Of a stretch of 64,000 nucleotides of DNA, positions 12,467 to 23,339 are shown piece by piece. How positions within the stretch are numbered: position 1 is the first letter of the stretch; each line of letters starts with the position of its first letter. The notes under the pieces are model-generated. The model searched no databases and had not been told where the DNA came from. It was given only the letters and a program-made list of their open reading frames with translations. Source of the stretch: Octopus vulgaris (lineage: Eukaryota); NCBI GenBank assembly GCA_951406725.2, contig OX597817.1, positions 135,532,001 to 135,596,000 on the forward strand, read 5' to 3'. The position numbers were made by a program, and so were the translations under genes.

Positions 12467-12726
12467 AGTGTGAGAGGATAGTTAAGTCATAGTTAGTTTA
12501 GATGTGATACAAAATAGGGAAGTGAGGTGGGGGAAAGAAAATTGATGCAAGACATGTATGGGTATTGAAGTTGTAAATCCATTTTTTAGGCATAATGGTA
12601 TATATGCAATATTCCAATATCCTATGAGTAAAGTCCAAATGTCAAACAGAGTTTAAAATGAGTCCTTTCAAATATAGACTTTATAAGCAATGTAAGATTC
12701 CCTTATGAGTGAGATCCAGTAGTTTT

Positions 12727-12771
<45 letters not shown>

Positions 12772-13089
12772 GCCTGGTGTAGCCTTCTGGGTCATCAGTC
12801 CCCAGTCAAACTGTCCAACCTATGCCAGCATGGAAAGCAGACATTAAACGACGATGATGATGATGATATATATAAATCATCATCATCGTCATCATCATCA
12901 TCATCATTGTCATCATCATCATCGTTTAATGTATATGATTAAAGTGGCTTATTCACAATTTACAACCAAAAGGCAGAACTATAGACATCACTAAAGTGAC
13001 TAAGTGTCTAAGTAGGCACCAGCATTGCTAGAAATAAGAGCCAAAACAACCTTTAGCCATGAGAATGCACTTGAAGGTGAGGAACAATA

Positions 13090-13250
13090 AACTACAGCTG
13101 TTTCCGGGATATTTTATGTATCCCTTCATTGGAGACGGTGCAAAAAAATGGTTAAGCAATAGTTATTCTAGTTATTCTATTCCTTAACCATTTTCTTGCA
13201 CCGTCTCTGATGAAGGGATATATAAAATATCCAAGAAACAGCTGTAAGAC
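13090..13250. ncRNA. Inverted pair of hammerhead motifs (intact on + at 13203-13250; core-mutated on - at ~13092-13137)
   Basis: Plus: gtct-CTGATGA-agggatat(ataaa)atatcc-aa-GAAA-CAGCTG-TA-agac. The minus copy has CCAATGA. Same family as 12415-12466. Confidence 0.72.
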
Positions 13251-13943
13251 CTTCTCTTTATAAATGTTCTGAAATCTTTCACAGCCTTGGATTTTTATCT
13301 CATTCTGTTAATTTTTTATATGTATATGCATGCGAATATATGACCTATGTTGGAAACCTGGAGCTTAACTATAGTCTGTCCATAGCACTTACTCAATAAT
13401 ACCCGACACCTTTGGGTCTTCTTGATACCATTACCTCCCATAACCTATATATATATATAAAATAATAATCACACACACACACACACACACACATATATCA
13501 TCATCATCATCATCGTTTAGCGTCCGTTTTTCCATGCAAGCATGGGTTGGACGGTTCTACTGGGGTCTGTGAAGCCAGAAGGCTTCATCAAGCCCAGTCA
13601 AATCTGGCAGTGTTTCTACGGCTGGATGCCCTTCCTAACGCCAACCACTCCGTGAGTGTAGTGGGTGCTTTTTACATGCCACAAATATATATATATATAA
13701 AATAAATGCAGATGGCTTCAACAGTTCAGTTCATACTACAAATGTTTCAATAGCATGGCATTATTTTATATGGTAAATTTCCCACCATTTCATCAAACAT
13801 CTTTGAACTATCAGAAGATGAAAAAAACCCAATCTGCAATTAAAATTCAGTCTCTAGAAATATTAGTAGGAATTCAGCTGGAACACATCAACTGTAGGCT
13901 AGAGTTGATAACCAATTATTGTTAAAATCCAAACCAATTAAAA

Positions 13944-14361
13944 ATGCATACATACACACACACACCTACATACATACACACATCTACATACATGCATACA
14001 TATACACCTACATACACACATACATACACACATCTACATACATACATACATACATACATACATACATACATACATACATACATGCGGTGCCCTACCACGG
14101 CCACAGCTCGTGAGCTGAAACTAGATAAAAAAAAATTTTTTTTAAATAAAATAAAAAATACATACATACATACATACATACATACATACATACATACATA
14201 CATACATACATACATACATACATACATGCATGCATACATGCATGCATGCGGTGCCTCAGCATGGCCACAGCTCGTGAGCTGAAACTAGATAAAATTTTTT
14301 AAAATAAAATAAAAAATACATACATACACACACACTGACATACATACATACATACATACAT

Positions 14362-14392
<31 letters not shown>

Positions 14393-14400
14393 GACATACA
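13944..14400. repeat. (CATA)n/(CA)n microsatellite containing two ~50-bp retroposon tails
   Basis: gcggtgcc...ggccacagctcgtgagctgaaactagataaaa at ~14084 and ~14248. Confidence 0.75.
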
Positions 14401-14874
14401 AGAGATAAGGATTGGGGTAGATAAGATTTGGGCTGCATAATTTCATTTCCATGTCTTCTACAGAGCATTTACTAGATTAGGAACAAGTGACATATAAATA
14501 TTAAGATCCAGGAATCGAGGTGTAGGGAGAAAGTCAGCTTCAAGCAATCCCTAATAAATATAAAAATCAACTTTCAGGGAAAATAGAGGTTTATTGAGGT
14601 GGAAGGTTGTGGATTTTTTTTTGTACTTCAATATGAAAAAAAATCCACAACCTCCTAGTCTCAAAAAACCCTTATTTACATTCCTATAACGTAGCAGCTC
14701 AACAGGATGAGTACGAGACTTAAAAAAGGGTAATTACTAAAGTGGGCTTGTTCAATTGGAGCCTTCAAGGCAGTGCTCCAGCCTGGCCACAGCCCAATGA
14801 CTGAAACAACTAAAGGATAGAGACATTCCAGGAATTTTACAAAAACAAATAAAAATAAATGTTTATTTAATTAC

Positions 14875-14901
14875 CTTTGCTTTCTTGCTTTTGTTGATCA
14901 C
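14875..14901 (-). CDS. GRIPAP1: GRIPAP1 homolog 27-nt microexon
   Basis: tttcag|GTG ATC AAC AAA AGC AAG AAA GCA AAG|gtaatt. Encodes VINKSKKAK, similar to recalled ALSKSKKAQ; phase 0-0. Confidence 0.85.
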
Positions 14902-15695
14902 CTGAAAAAAACGAGAAAAGAAATGTTAAAACAGAAAAGAAAATATCCAAGGATAAAAAAACACCAAAAACATTGGTATTGAGGAATCTGGTTTGCCAGT
15001 CCTCAGTTAAATCATCCAACCCATGCCAGCATGGAAAGCGGACGTTAAACGATGATGATGATGATGATTTTCATTGATGGAAGCATTCCTGGAAATCCTT
15101 TTTGAGGATAGCAAGTAGCTGCCTCATTGCAGGCTCTTGGATTTCCTTGGCATTTGGAAATTTTTTACCTTCCTAGTGGTAACTGTTTTTTGGAGAGATT
15201 CTTGGCCATCATAACTTCCAAGCCATGTCTCTTTCCACACACACACATTACACATTTTTTCTGCCATGGTCACTGATGGAATCTCTGTGGTGTTGTGAGG
15301 TGACCACACTCTGCACTCTTTAAACAACAAAAGTGAGCAAGAACATTATAGCTTAGTGATCATGTGCGACCGAGTTGAAGGTGGCTTCACTCAGCATACT
15401 TTAGCTCTGTTACCAAACCTTGTATTTTATGGACCCCGAAAGGACGAAAGGCAAAGCTGAGCTTGGCAGGATTTGAACTCAGGCCATAAACAGCTGGGAA
15501 AAAAATGCCACTAAATAATAAGTTCCATAGCTTAAGTAAAATATTAAATTAATTCTGAGGTAAAAAAAAAAAAGAAAATACTTTCGAAGAAATAATGGAC
15601 ATATTTGAAGAATTTCAAATATTAATAAAATAATGAATACTAAATGTATCACACAGAATATTTTAGGTCACAAGTGAAAAGAGAGAAACACTTAC

Positions 15696-15757
15696 TTTGT
15701 TGGCTCTCTGGAGATCTTTATCACATTCTTCAAATTTCTCTTTTAAAGTTAAGAACT
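15696..15757 (-). CDS. GRIPAP1: GRIPAP1 homolog exon, 62 nt
   Basis: ttgcag|AG TTC...AAC AAA|gtaagt. Encodes (E)FLTLKEKFEECDKDLQRANK; phase 1 in, phase 0 out; similar to recalled ELTSLRQKVAYLDKEFSKAQK. Confidence 0.88.
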
Positions 15758-16190
15758 CTGCAATGAGAAGCAAAAACATAAAAGGAATCAAATCTGAAAA
15801 TCCAAACAGTTCCATTCTTAGTAACCATCTCAACCTCTACCACCATTACTTCTGAAACTACACCTGGAAATCTTAACGGATGGTCATGGCCCCTTTTTTT
15901 TTTTTTTTACTTGTTTTGGTCATTACACTGTGACCATACTGGGGCAGCACCCTGAAGAATTTTAACTGAACAAATCTAAACCATTATTTATTATTGTTTT
16001 GTTTTGTTTTGTTTTTTGTAAAGCTTGGTACTTATTCTATCAGTCTCTTTTGCCAAACTGCTAAGTTACGCAGACATAAACACACCCACGCCAGCTATCA
16101 AGGTACACACTCGCCATGATAGACTGCTAGCCACTAAATCTTTTTTATTTTATTTTATTTTATTTTCTCTCCCTGTTTATTTCTGTGTCC

Positions 16191-16226
16191 CTTTCTGTTG
16201 AAGAGCGTAGGCTTGAAACGTAAAAG
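16191..16226 (+). ncRNA. Minimal hammerhead-like motif (core variant CTGTTGA)
   Basis: cttt-CTGTTGA-agagc(gtag)gctt-GAAA-CG-TA-aaag, in a short insert that splits a SINE B copy. Confidence 0.45.
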
Positions 16227-18088
16227 ACTTTCTCACCATCCCGAGCATTAACCTAATACATCTGTTTGTTGTTTACACACCCATCTTCGTCTTTTGTTTT
16301 TTCGTAGTAAATTTTCACTATAACAGAAGACACTTGCCCAAGGTGCCATGCTGTGAGACTGAACCGGAATCATGTGCTTTGGAAGGAAACTCCTTACCAC
16401 ACAGCCACACCTGTGCCTAATTTGATCAAAAATCTTAAATAAGCAACAGAGAAAATGAATTCAATCTTGAAGACATAGTTCTCGTTACTTCAGAATTTCA
16501 AGCTGAAACTTGTTCTTCATCGCATTTGTTCCTTTAACCATTCTTCATCTCTCAGTCCCACACACTCTTGTAATCTTTACCCAACCACCCACACCCCCGG
16601 TTCTTTTATCCAATACCCCACCCACCACTTACTCCTACTCACCTAATTCCATCCATACAGACACCCCATCACCACTATTTAAATCTATCAGTTCCACCTG
16701 ATCACTGCCACTCTCTCTTCCAAAATGTGAGTAGCCATGCAGCTCCTCTACTGTAAAAAAAACCCTGGTCTGCTCTGGCCCCCTCTCTCATACTTTAATC
16801 CCTTGTCTCCAAGAATGAAGCTGCCTCTCTTAGGGCTCATACTCTTGGAAATTGCAGGTTGCATGGCACCCCCACTAGTGATGTTGGCATAAAAAACACA
16901 GCCAGTACACACTGAAAAATTGGTTAGCATTAGGGAGGCATCCAGCTATAGAAACCATGCTAAGGTAGATTGTTGGGACTTGTCATAATATCCATCCCAT
17001 ACAAGCAAGGAATGTGGACAATAAATGAAAGTAAGGAAATTTTTCTAGGGGTTTAAGGTTGCTTTATTTTACTTCAATAACTCAAGAGGCCCCCTTGGGA
17101 ATATATGTAAATCATGGTCATCATTTAATGTCCATTTTCCCTGCTGGCATGGGTTGAATGATTCGACAGGGGCAGGCAAGCCAGAGAGCTGCACCAGGTT
17201 CCATTTGGCTGTTTTGGCTTGGTCTCAACAGCTGGATGTCCTTCCCAACACCAACCACTTTATAGAGTGAACTGGATGCTTTTTATATGGTGCCAGTGGG
17301 GTCACCGAGTAGCTTGCCAGACAAGGACCTTTCAGCTGAGAGAAGGTGTGGAACCGAGGGAAGTTGCTGAGAGCCAGATGGAAGGTTAGAGTGTTAACAG
17401 AGGGAGAGAGATAATTGGCTACTCCAGCAGAACAGGGGAGGAGGGGAGAGTGAGTTAGAGAAAGAGAGGCAGTCAGTCAGAGAGAGAGAGAAAGAGAAAT
17501 AGATGATGTTGGAGATGTATTGGGGCATATCGACGGGGAACAGTGGAAGGAGTATAAGTAGTAAAGAGGGGATAGAGGAGGGGGATGTCATGAACTGACA
17601 GGAACAAAACAGTAAATACTTCCACCTGGCCCGTGAGCAACTTTAGAAAAGCATTTTCTTCCATCAGTCTTAGAAACCCTCAAAAAGGGCTTAGATGTTG
17701 CCCTCTATTCCCTGACAAAACCTTTAACAAAAATATAATTTTAATGTTAAGAAAAGAAAGCCTAAAATATTTCAAGTAATCACGTTGTTGTTTTCACATT
17801 TCTCAGTTCAAACCCCACTCAAACCAAAACTGAATTTCTTTCTTCCAAGGTCAGAACATTTACAATTATTAATTCAAATGTCGCATTTCATAAACCAACC
17901 CCCAAAACATTGAGAAGCAAGTTGCCAACTAATTTCTGTATATATCAAATTGCAGCAACAACAACAACAGCAGCTGAGTTCGAAAATAGCTATTGATTAC
18001 CATGTTATTTAATTATGAAATCTGTATGGATTGTGTACATGACCATGTTGCTACTATATTTGTAGCAAGCAAACAAACATACATACAT

Positions 18089-19317
18089 TCTATAATGAAA
18101 TCCGTCGGATGGATAATCCTGAGGACAAAGAAATAAAAACCCACAATATGGTAGAAGCCATAGCCACTCATAATGAAAATGAATGCTGGTGGAATGTACC
18201 ATTGAAGATCTCAATAAATTGTAAGATCAACAGACCTGACATAATGATTTGGGATCATCATCATCATCATCATCATCATCGTTTAACATCCGTTCTCCAT
18301 GCTAGCATGGGTTGGACGGTTCAACCGGGGATCTGGGAAGCCAGAAGGCTGCACCAGGCTCCAGTCTTATCTGGCAATGTTTCTACAGCTGGATGCCCTT
18401 TCCTAACGCCAACCACTCCGTGAGTGTAGTGGGTGTTTTTTACATGCCACCTGCACAGGTGCCAGGCGAGGCTGGCAACGGCCACGGTCGGATTGGTGCA
18501 TTTTACGTGCCACCAGCATGGAAGCCAGTCGAGGCGACACTGGCTTCGGCCACGATTCGGATGGTGCTTTTTACGTGCCACTGGCACGGAAGCCAGTCGA
18601 GGCAGCGCTGGCATCAGCCACAATTCGGATAGTGCTTTTTACGTACCACCAGTCAACGTATTCTAAACCACATAAATTTTAAGAATGAATGAACAAAAAA
18701 AATTAAGATGGGATGGAGGTGGGGTGGAGAAGACAGAGGGGATAGAGAAGAGAAACTGTGCACAGTTGTGGAAATTAGCTGTCCAGTGAACATTAACATA
18801 AAGCTGAATATCAGTGAAAAAGAGAATACTTATGCTGAACTAATGAGAAATCTGCAGTTACTCTATCCAGATTACAAGTTCAGGTTTATACCTGTAATTA
18901 TTGGGGCCCTGGGATATGTAACACACTGCCTAAATACCAATCTTGAGAAATTAGGCTTCTCAAAACCAGAAAGGAGAAAGCTAATTCAAAGGCTATAGAT
19001 CCAATCCATCACTGGAACTGTAAAAATCTGTAAAACTTTCCAGAAGTTTATCATTTAAATATATATGAGAATGTCTAGATATGCAACTATATGCATGAGA
19101 ATACATACATAAAACATACAAATCTGCATGCACACACACACACACATACATACATACATACATACATACATACATACATACATACATACATACATACATA
19201 CATGCAAATGAAAATACCCTGTTGTTGATGTTGAAATTCCAATGAAGGAGCCTTGGATCTAGGTTAGAAACTGGTTCTTTCTCTATTAGCAAGAAATCTT
19301 GAAATAAACTGAATAAT
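18089..19317 (+). mobile_element. R4/Dong-like (restriction-like endonuclease) LINE 3' fragment, interrupted by an RTE tail
   Basis: WWNVPLKISINCKINRPDIMIWD | REEKLCTVVEISCP...EKENTY...IPVIIGALG...GTVKICK, a PD-(D/E)-type endonuclease C-terminus; (CATA)n at both ends. Confidence 0.75.
18256..18660 (-). mobile_element. RTE 3'-end copy nested in the R4/Dong-like fragment
   Basis: (CAT)n on + followed by tandem 3' UTR units; gggat repeated at 18251-18255 and 18739-18743. Confidence 0.75.
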
Positions 19318-19331
19318 GACAGGCATACATG

Positions 19332-19376
<45 letters not shown>

Positions 19377-20317
19377 ACACACACACACACATGCATATAC
19401 AAAATAATTTCTATACCTACAAATTTTAAAACTGATAACAAGTATTAAATGAGTAAATATATGCACATAGATTATATGTATGTCTAAGCATATGTCCTTA
19501 TTGTACAAAAAGAAGAGGGTATAAATACATCTTTGTCAATATTCAGTCCATGTATAGTCAATGTGAGTGTGTATGTGTGTGTGCACGTAAAGGTAAAGAC
19601 CCCCTTCTATAATAATAAATGCCAAAACGAATTTCTGTGTGTCAGTGTGTCACACTTTGACCCCCCCGCCTCTCTCACTATTCAATGACACTTCTACTAT
19701 TCCTCATGATGGGATGAGAGTAATAGTAGGCAGAAACGGTGAGGGAAGTAGTAGATTCACAGTTGTGATGGTAATGGAGTAGCAGTAATAGTATAAGCTG
19801 TAGTTGTGATAGAGGCAGAGTCAACAGTGATGGTGGTAGTGGTGGTAGCTGAGGCAGTCAGGGATGTCACTGATAGTAAGTGATGTGAAAGACTGGTAAT
19901 GGTGGAGGAGGGGAAGGCAGCGAAGTCAAAGGTATTGATGGTGGTGGCATCAGAAGTCTGAATGGCATGTGTATATGGCAGTTGTGGTGATAGTGGTAGT
20001 ACTGGTGACAGTGATGGTTGAAAACAATCAACAGAAAGAGAGAGAGAGAGAGAGAAAGAAAGAGATCAGACTGAAAAAAATTTTGTACTGACCCCTGAAT
20101 GGGAAGCCCAAAAAATGCTGTTTATCATGCAGCTTTGCAATAAGCTCCAAGTCCACATATTATATCACTGTCTTGATGAAAATTGTTCATTGCTTGAAAA
20201 ATATTGGTCAAGTTTAATAAAATTATAAATGTACTCAATGCAGCCTTGTGAGTGGATTTGGTAGATGGAAACTAAAAGAAGCCCATCGTACATGTATGTA
20301 TATATATACATATATAT

Positions 20318-20363
<46 letters not shown>

Positions 20364-20471
20364 ATCACATGACCGACCAGTCCATCAGATGTAGTTACAC
20401 ATCGCTGGTCACAATGCGTTCGCATTGTTTTAGCCTTCGAATGACGCCACCCCGCTGGCTAAGCGAGCAGG

Positions 20472-20512
<41 letters not shown>

Positions 20513-21287
20513 AATACATACATACATATATTTGTGTGTGTGTGTGTAAATGTTTGTGTGTCTGTGTTTGTCCTCCTACCATCGCTTGACAACTGATATT
20601 GATGTGTTTACGTCCCCATAACTTAGTGGTTCGGCAAAAGAAACCGATAGAATAAGTACTAGACTTAAAGAGAATAAGTCCTGAGGTCAATTTGTTTGAC
20701 TAAAGGCGGTGCCCCCACATGGCCGCAGTCAAATGACTGAAACAAATAAAAGAAAAGAATATATATATATAGCCGTGGCTGATGCTGGTGCCACTTGACT
20801 GGCACCATTCAAGTATGATCGATGCCAGTGGTGCCTGACTGGGTCCTGTGCCGGTGGCACATAAAAAGCTCTATTCAAACATGACTGATGCCAATGCCAC
20901 CTGACTTTACACTCTTGGAATGGTTGGTGTTAGGAAGGACATCCAGCCATAAATACCTTACCAAATTAGATTGGAGTTTGGTGCAGCCTCCCGGCTTCCC
21001 AGTCCTCAGAAAAACCATCCGACCATGCCAGAATGGAAAGAGGATATAAAACGACAATGATGATGATATAAATATATATATATATTCTTTTATTTGTTTC
21101 AGTCATTTGACTGCGGCCATGCTGGAGCACCACCTTTAGTCAAACAAATCGCCCCCAGGACTTATTCTTTGTAAGCCTAGTACTTACCCTACCGGCCCCT
21201 TTTGCCAAACCGCTAAGTTATGAGGGCATAAACACACTAAAATCGGTTGTCAAGCAATGGTGGGGGAGGGAAGACACAGACACACAA

Positions 21288-21347
<60 letters not shown>

Positions 21348-21478
21348 AACGGGTTTCTTTTAAGTTTCTGTCTACTAAATCCACTCACAAGACTTTGGTC
21401 GGCCCAAGGTGCCATGCAGTGAGACTGAACCCAGATCCATGTAGTTGGTAAGAAAGCTACATACCACACAGCCATGCC

Positions 21479-21516
<38 letters not shown>

Positions 21517-23088
21517 TATATAGGATGGCCTTCTTTCAGTTCTTGTCAATCGAAGGCTAGAGTAGGTAACACTTGCCTCATGAATGCATCAAGACATATA
21601 TAAAGATATATATATATATATATATATATATAATAATATAAATAATATAAAAATATATGCATCGTGGCCGTTTGCCAGCTCTGTCTGGCACCTGTGCGGG
21701 TGGCACGTAAAAAGCACCCACTACACTCACGGAGTGGTTGGCGTTAGGAAGGGCATCCAGCCGTAGAAACACTGCCAGATCTGACTGGGCCTGATGAAGC
21801 CTTCTGGCTTCACAGATCCCAGTTGAACCGTCCAACCCATGCTAGCATGGAAAACGGACGCTAAACGATGATGATGATATACATACATATATGTACATAC
21901 CTACATATAAATGTATATAAACATGCATATATGGGTACAGAACATCAAAAAACGTAGACAAAATGAGAAACAAAAACATAGAAAACGAACTTTTTTCAAA
22001 CAACAAAAAACAAACAAACAGAGAAATGAGACATGCAACATAAAGAATATTCCCCTTCATCAGTTGTCCCTGTTTCATCTACTCCATGTTTCAAAGGTAA
22101 GGACAGTACGCGACCTCGGTGAAACAGTCCTTCTCGCAAAGTAAACTGAATAAAATTTGGGATTTTTCGCCGAGGGTGAAAGTGGTAACAAGAACAGGAC
22201 AGTGAGAACAAAACAGTAAAAACAAACCGTGAGGGAGACAAATCGATAGAAAAATTACTATGAGTGGCTAAGAGGACGAGCTATGAGAGGAGATATATAT
22301 ATATATATATATATATATTTCAATAAATATGCATAGACATGTAGCCAAACACAGACAGAAGGAGAGAGGGAAACAAGCAAATCCCGTGTAAATGAATCGT
22401 AGTGTTCATTTTGTTTGCCCTGAATTCAAATCCAGCTCAAAGTTGACTTCACTCCACCCTCCATTCCACTCCACTCCGGGTCAATGAATATATAAGTACG
22501 ACTAACATACAACAACAATATTGATTCTATAACCATGTCCTCTTCCCCCTCCCCTCCCTGCTCCCATCTTGTTAAATTGGCATCGTGCCAAATCAGAATA
22601 TCATCCACACTGATATACACAAACATATGAATGTGTATACGTATGTGTACAGACACACAGGCATACATACATACGTACATACATACATACATACAGACAC
22701 ACAGACACACACACACACACAGATATAGATATGAAAGCAGACAATGACTGGCTTCAAAGTTTTACTGAAGAGGCTTATCAAATACAGTTTCTCTCTTTCA
22801 CACACATACATGCACTGGATGGATGGGAGGAAAGAAGGGAAGGCAAGTAGCTTGCTTACTAACCACATGGTTCCAAGTTCAGTCCCAGCACATAGCACCT
22901 TGGGAAAATACCTTCTATTATAGCGTCAGGCCGACCAAAGCCTTGTGAGTGGATTTGGTAGATGGAAACTGAAAGAAGCCCATCATGTATATATATATAT
23001 ATATATGTGCGTATATGTTTGTGTATCTGTGTTTGTCCTTCCACCATCGCTTGACAACCGATGTTGGTGTGTTTACGTCCCCGTAACT

Positions 23089-23290
23089 TGGATGGAAGGA
23101 AGGGAGGAACGGAGGGGGGGAGGAAGGGAGGAAGGAAGGAAGGCAGGAGGGAGGGAGGAAGGAAGGCAGGCGGGAGGGAGGACGGAAGGAAGGAAGAAAG
23201 GAAGGAAGGAAGGAAGGCGGGAGGGAGGAAGGAAGGAAGGCAGGCGGGAGGGAGGGAGGGAGGGCAGGGGGAGGAAAGAAGGAAGGTAGG
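23089..23290. repeat. (GGAA/GGAG)n purine microsatellite
   Basis: Directly visible. Confidence 0.9.
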
Positions 23291-23339
23291 AATTTCCTGG
23301 CTTTGTTAATTTTCATGTCACACCGGCGAAAGTCTTCTT

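Noticed and set aside
15124-15330. Minus-strand ORF between two host exons
   Set aside because: Looks like a degraded RTE C-terminus; the flanking exons already join in frame without it.
19607-20245. Helitron-like 5' end (TCTATAATAATAAA...)
   Set aside because: No 3' hairpin/CTRR end or Rep/helicase remnant identified.
22030-22150. CTGATGA on minus near 22057-22063 as a hammerhead
   Set aside because: No downstream GAAA or stem II closure in the correct order.
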